A DNA stretch of 63,262 nucleotides, counting the filler, from Octopus bimaculoides (lineage: Eukaryota), in the NCBI RefSeq assembly GCF_001194135.2. It is 4 parts of 4 records of this genome, joined end to end, with 100 filler letters (N's around TTAATTAATTAA, not from the genome) between each part and the next. Parts side by side here need not be neighbours in the genome. Positions count along the whole stretch, not along the records: positions 48,664 to 60,156 come from NC_069004.1; positions 60,257 to 63,262 come from NW_026406754.1; 2 more parts are not named here. One strand, written 5' to 3'. The notes beneath the pieces are model-generated. The model was given only the letters and a program-made list of their open reading frames with translations. It ran no database searches and was not told where the DNA came from. Every line of letters begins with the position of its first letter. Within the stretch, counting starts at the first letter, position 1. Made by a program: the position numbers and the translations under genes. Positions 59,544 through 63,262 of this stretch are shown here, one piece after another.

Positions 59544-60018
59544 TAGAATAAGTACTAGGCTTACAAAGAATAAGTCCTGGGGTCGATTTGGTCGGCTAAA
59601 GGCGGTGCTCCAGCTTGGTCGCAGTCAAATGACTGAAACAAGTAAAAGAATATACATACATACATACAGACAAAATTTACTTTGTCTGTCTGTCTGTATG
59701 TATGTATATTCTTTTACTTGTTTCATTCATTTGACTGCGACCAAGCTGGAACACCGCCTTTAGTCGAGCAAATCGACCTCAGGACTTATTCTTTGTAAGC
59801 CTAGTACTTATTCTATCGGTACCTTCTATCGAACCACTAAGTTACAGGGATGTAAACGCACCAGCATCGGTTGTCAAGCGATGTTGGGGAACAAACAAAG
59901 ACACACACACACATATACACGACAGGATTCTTTGAGTTTCCGTCTACCAAATCCACTCACAAGGCTTTGGTCGGCCTGAGGCTATAGTAGAAGGCAAGGT
60001 GCCACACAGTGGGACTGA

Positions 60019-60020
<2 letters not shown>
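59544..60020. mobile_element. Tail-to-tail inverted SINE pair
   Basis: Plus-strand tail at 59544-59650 and a minus-strand copy at 59706-60020. Confidence 0.85.
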
Positions 60021-60060
<40 letters not shown>

Positions 60061-60061
60061 G

Positions 60062-60156
60062 ATAGGCGTAGGAGTGGCTGTGTGGTAAGTAGCTAGCTTA
60101 CCAACCACATGGTCCCGGGTTCAGTCCCACTGCGCGGCATCTTGGGCAAGTGTTTT
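60062..60156 (+). mobile_element. SINE head running into a gap
   Basis: ataggcgtaggagtggctgtgtggtaagtagc...gggttcagtccc. Confidence 0.85.
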
Positions 60157-60255
60157 NNNNNNNNNNNNNNNNNNNNNNNNNNNNNNNNNNNNNNNNNNNN
60201 TTAATTAATTAANNNNNNNNNNNNNNNNNNNNNNNNNNNNNNNNNNNNNNNNNNN

Positions 60256-63200
60256 NGTACATGTAAAAATACGCACATATTAAATAAATACATACATAAA
60301 TACATACATACATCAATGCATATATAAATAGATACATATATACATACATGCATACACAAATATATATATATNNNNNNNNNNNNNNNNNNNNNNNNNNNNN
60401 NNNNNNNNNNNNNNNNNNNNNNNNNNNNNNNNNNNNNNNNNNNNNNNNNNNNNNNNNNNNNNNNNNNNNNNNNNNNNNNNNNNNNNNNNNNNNNNNNNNN
60501 NNNNNNNNNNNNNNNNNNNNNNNNNNNNNNNNNNNNNNNNNNNNNNNNNNNNNNNNNNNNNNNNNNNNNNNNNNNNNNNNNNNNNNNNNNNNNNNNNNNN
60601 NNNNNNNNNNNNNNNNNNNNNNNNNNNNNNNNNNNNNNNNCATACACGTATACAGATATACACACATGCATACTTACATACACGCACACATACACACATG
60701 CACAAATGCATACATGCATACATACATGCATACATGCATAAATACATACTGGTATACATGTATATATACATACATGCTTACATGATTACAAACAAGCATA
60801 CGGACATATTTAAATAGGCACATACATAAATACATATATACATGCATACATATATTCATAGATAAATACGTACATTCATACAAAAATATGTACATACATA
60901 AATACATACATATATAATACATAGATACATAGATACATACATAAATAAATACAGACATACATATATACGTACAAACATAAATATATACATACATAAATGT
61001 ATACACGCATAAATAATTACATACATGAATACATACATAAATACATGCATACATTCATACATAAATACATACACACAGACATGCGTAAATGCATACACAC
61101 ATCCATACGTAAATACATACACATATACATACATACATGCACACATACATACATGCACACATGCACACAAACATGCACACATGCATACAAACATGCACAT
61201 ATATATATATATACGTATATATATGAACACATGCATACATACACTACATACATGCATATATGTATACATGCACACATACAAACATGCATATATGCAAACA
61301 TGCACAAATACACATACATACATGCGCACATACATACATACATGCAGACATACATACATGAATGCNNNNNNNNNNCATGCGCACATACATACATACATGC
61401 AGACATACATACATGAATGCACACATACATACATGCATACATGCAGGCATACATGCAGGCATACATGCAGGCATACATGCAGCCATACATGATTACATAC
61501 ANNNNNNNNNNTACATATATACATACGTACATAGATAAATACAAGCGTACATACATACATAAATACCTACATACATAAATATATACATACATAAACACAT
61601 TCATGAATAAATACATACATCCATACATACATACATAAATACGTACATACATAAATACATGCATACACAAATATATACATACATACATAAATANNNNNNN
61701 NNNNNNNNNNNNNNNNNNNNNNNNNNNNNNNNNNNNNNNNNNNNNNNNNNNNNNNNNNNACAACATATATACATAGATACATGCATGCATACATACATAA
61801 ATACATAAATATATGCATGAATATATTCATAAATAAATACATAAATACATACACACATACATACATACATACACACAAACATACATACATGCAGACATAC
61901 ATACATGCATGCATACATACATACATAACTACATACGTAAATTCATACATAAATACATACGTATGTACATACATACATAAGTACCTACATACATAAATAC
62001 ATGCCGANNNNNNNNNNNNNNNNNNNNNNNNNNNNNNNNNNNNNNNNNNNNNNNNNNNNNNNNNNNNNNNNNNNNNNNNNNNNNNNNNNNNNNNNNAAAT
62101 ACATACATACATAAGTACATACGTATATAGATATATACATACATGAATTAAATATATATATATAACACACATGCATAAATACATACATACATAAATACAT
62201 ACATACACACATCTATAAATACATACATACACACATAAGTACATATATGCATACGTACATACAANNNNNNNNNNNNNNNNNNNNNNNNNNNNNNNNNNNN
62301 NNNNNNNNNNNNNNNNNNNNNNNNNNNNNNNNNNNNNNNNNNNNNNNNNNNNNNTACATACATACATAGACAAATACATACATACATAAATACATACATG
62401 CACACATACATACAAAAATACATATATAGACACATATATATATATATAATCATTCATAGATACAACATACATAAAAACATACATAAATACACGCATACCT
62501 GACTACATATACATATAAATGCATANNNNNNNNNNCACGCATACCTGACTACATATACATATAAATGCATACATAAATACATGCATACACACAAACATAC
62601 ATAAATACATACACACATACATGCGTAAATACAAACACACATACATACGTAAATACATACACATACATACACACATGCACACATATTCATATGAACACAT
62701 GCATACATACAAGACATACATGCATATANNNNNNNNNNNNNNNNNNNNNNNNNNNNNNNNNNNCACATACATACATACATGCAGACATACATACATACAT
62801 ACATACATACATGAATGCACGCATACATACATGTGTACATAAATGCACGCATACATACATAAATGCACGCATACATACATGTGTACATACATGCATAAAT
62901 ACATGAATACATGCAGGTANNNNNNNNNNATACATACATGTGTACATACATGCATAAATACATGAATACATGCAGGTATTCATGCAAACATACATGAATA
63001 CATACATAAATAAATACCTACATTCATACGTAAATACATACATAAAAATATACGTATTTCCATACAGACATACATGCATACATACATATACGTACATAAA
63101 TACGTATATACATATATACATAAATACATACATACATACATANNNNNNNNNNACATAAATACGTATATACATATATACATAAATACATACATACATACAT

Positions 63201-63262
63201 AATATAAACATACATAAAGACATAAATACTTGCATACAAGTATACATGCATACATACATGCA
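60256..63262. repeat. Degenerate (TACA)n/(CATA)n satellite with many gaps
   Basis: Direct sequence; the ORFs here are low-complexity artefacts. Confidence 0.95.

Noticed and set aside
60256-63262. Long H/T/Y/I and C/M/Y/V ORFs (also 26591-27337 and ORFs spanning N runs)
   Set aside because: Translations of microsatellites or of Ns.

Overview
AT-rich, gap-riddled animal genomic DNA. The repeat content (tRNA-headed SINEs, RTE LINE tails ending in (GAT)n/(GAC)n, Helitrons, mariners) and N-flanked TTAATTAATTAA spacers suggest an octopus draft assembly; this is inference. Three spliced genes can be read by hand, none represented properly in the ORF track. (1) Minus strand 9628->3568: four-exon SNAPC5-like gene (HEDQLSRLK|VEELAL plus acidic tail). 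(2) Plus strand from 13285: Rdx-family selenoprotein (SELENOW2/MIEN1-like) whose VHIEYC|NS-UGA-GY motif is split across exons 13285-13343 and 19922-20022; exon 3 and a SECIS were not found. (3) Minus strand 57921->50488: type II membrane TNF-superfamily ligand with a very long, internally repeated cytoplasmic N-terminus. The remainder is mostly decayed mobile DNA (mariner, hAT, Merlin, piggyBac-like and long-TIR MITEs, Helitrons, RTE, L1/Tx1, Dong/R4, CRE-like, Penelope-like, SINEs), several 200-350 bp fold-back palindromes and microsatellites. Splice models were assembled by eye from GT/AG signals and phase compatibility. Family assignments come from recalled motifs, not database searches, and repeat boundaries are approximate.
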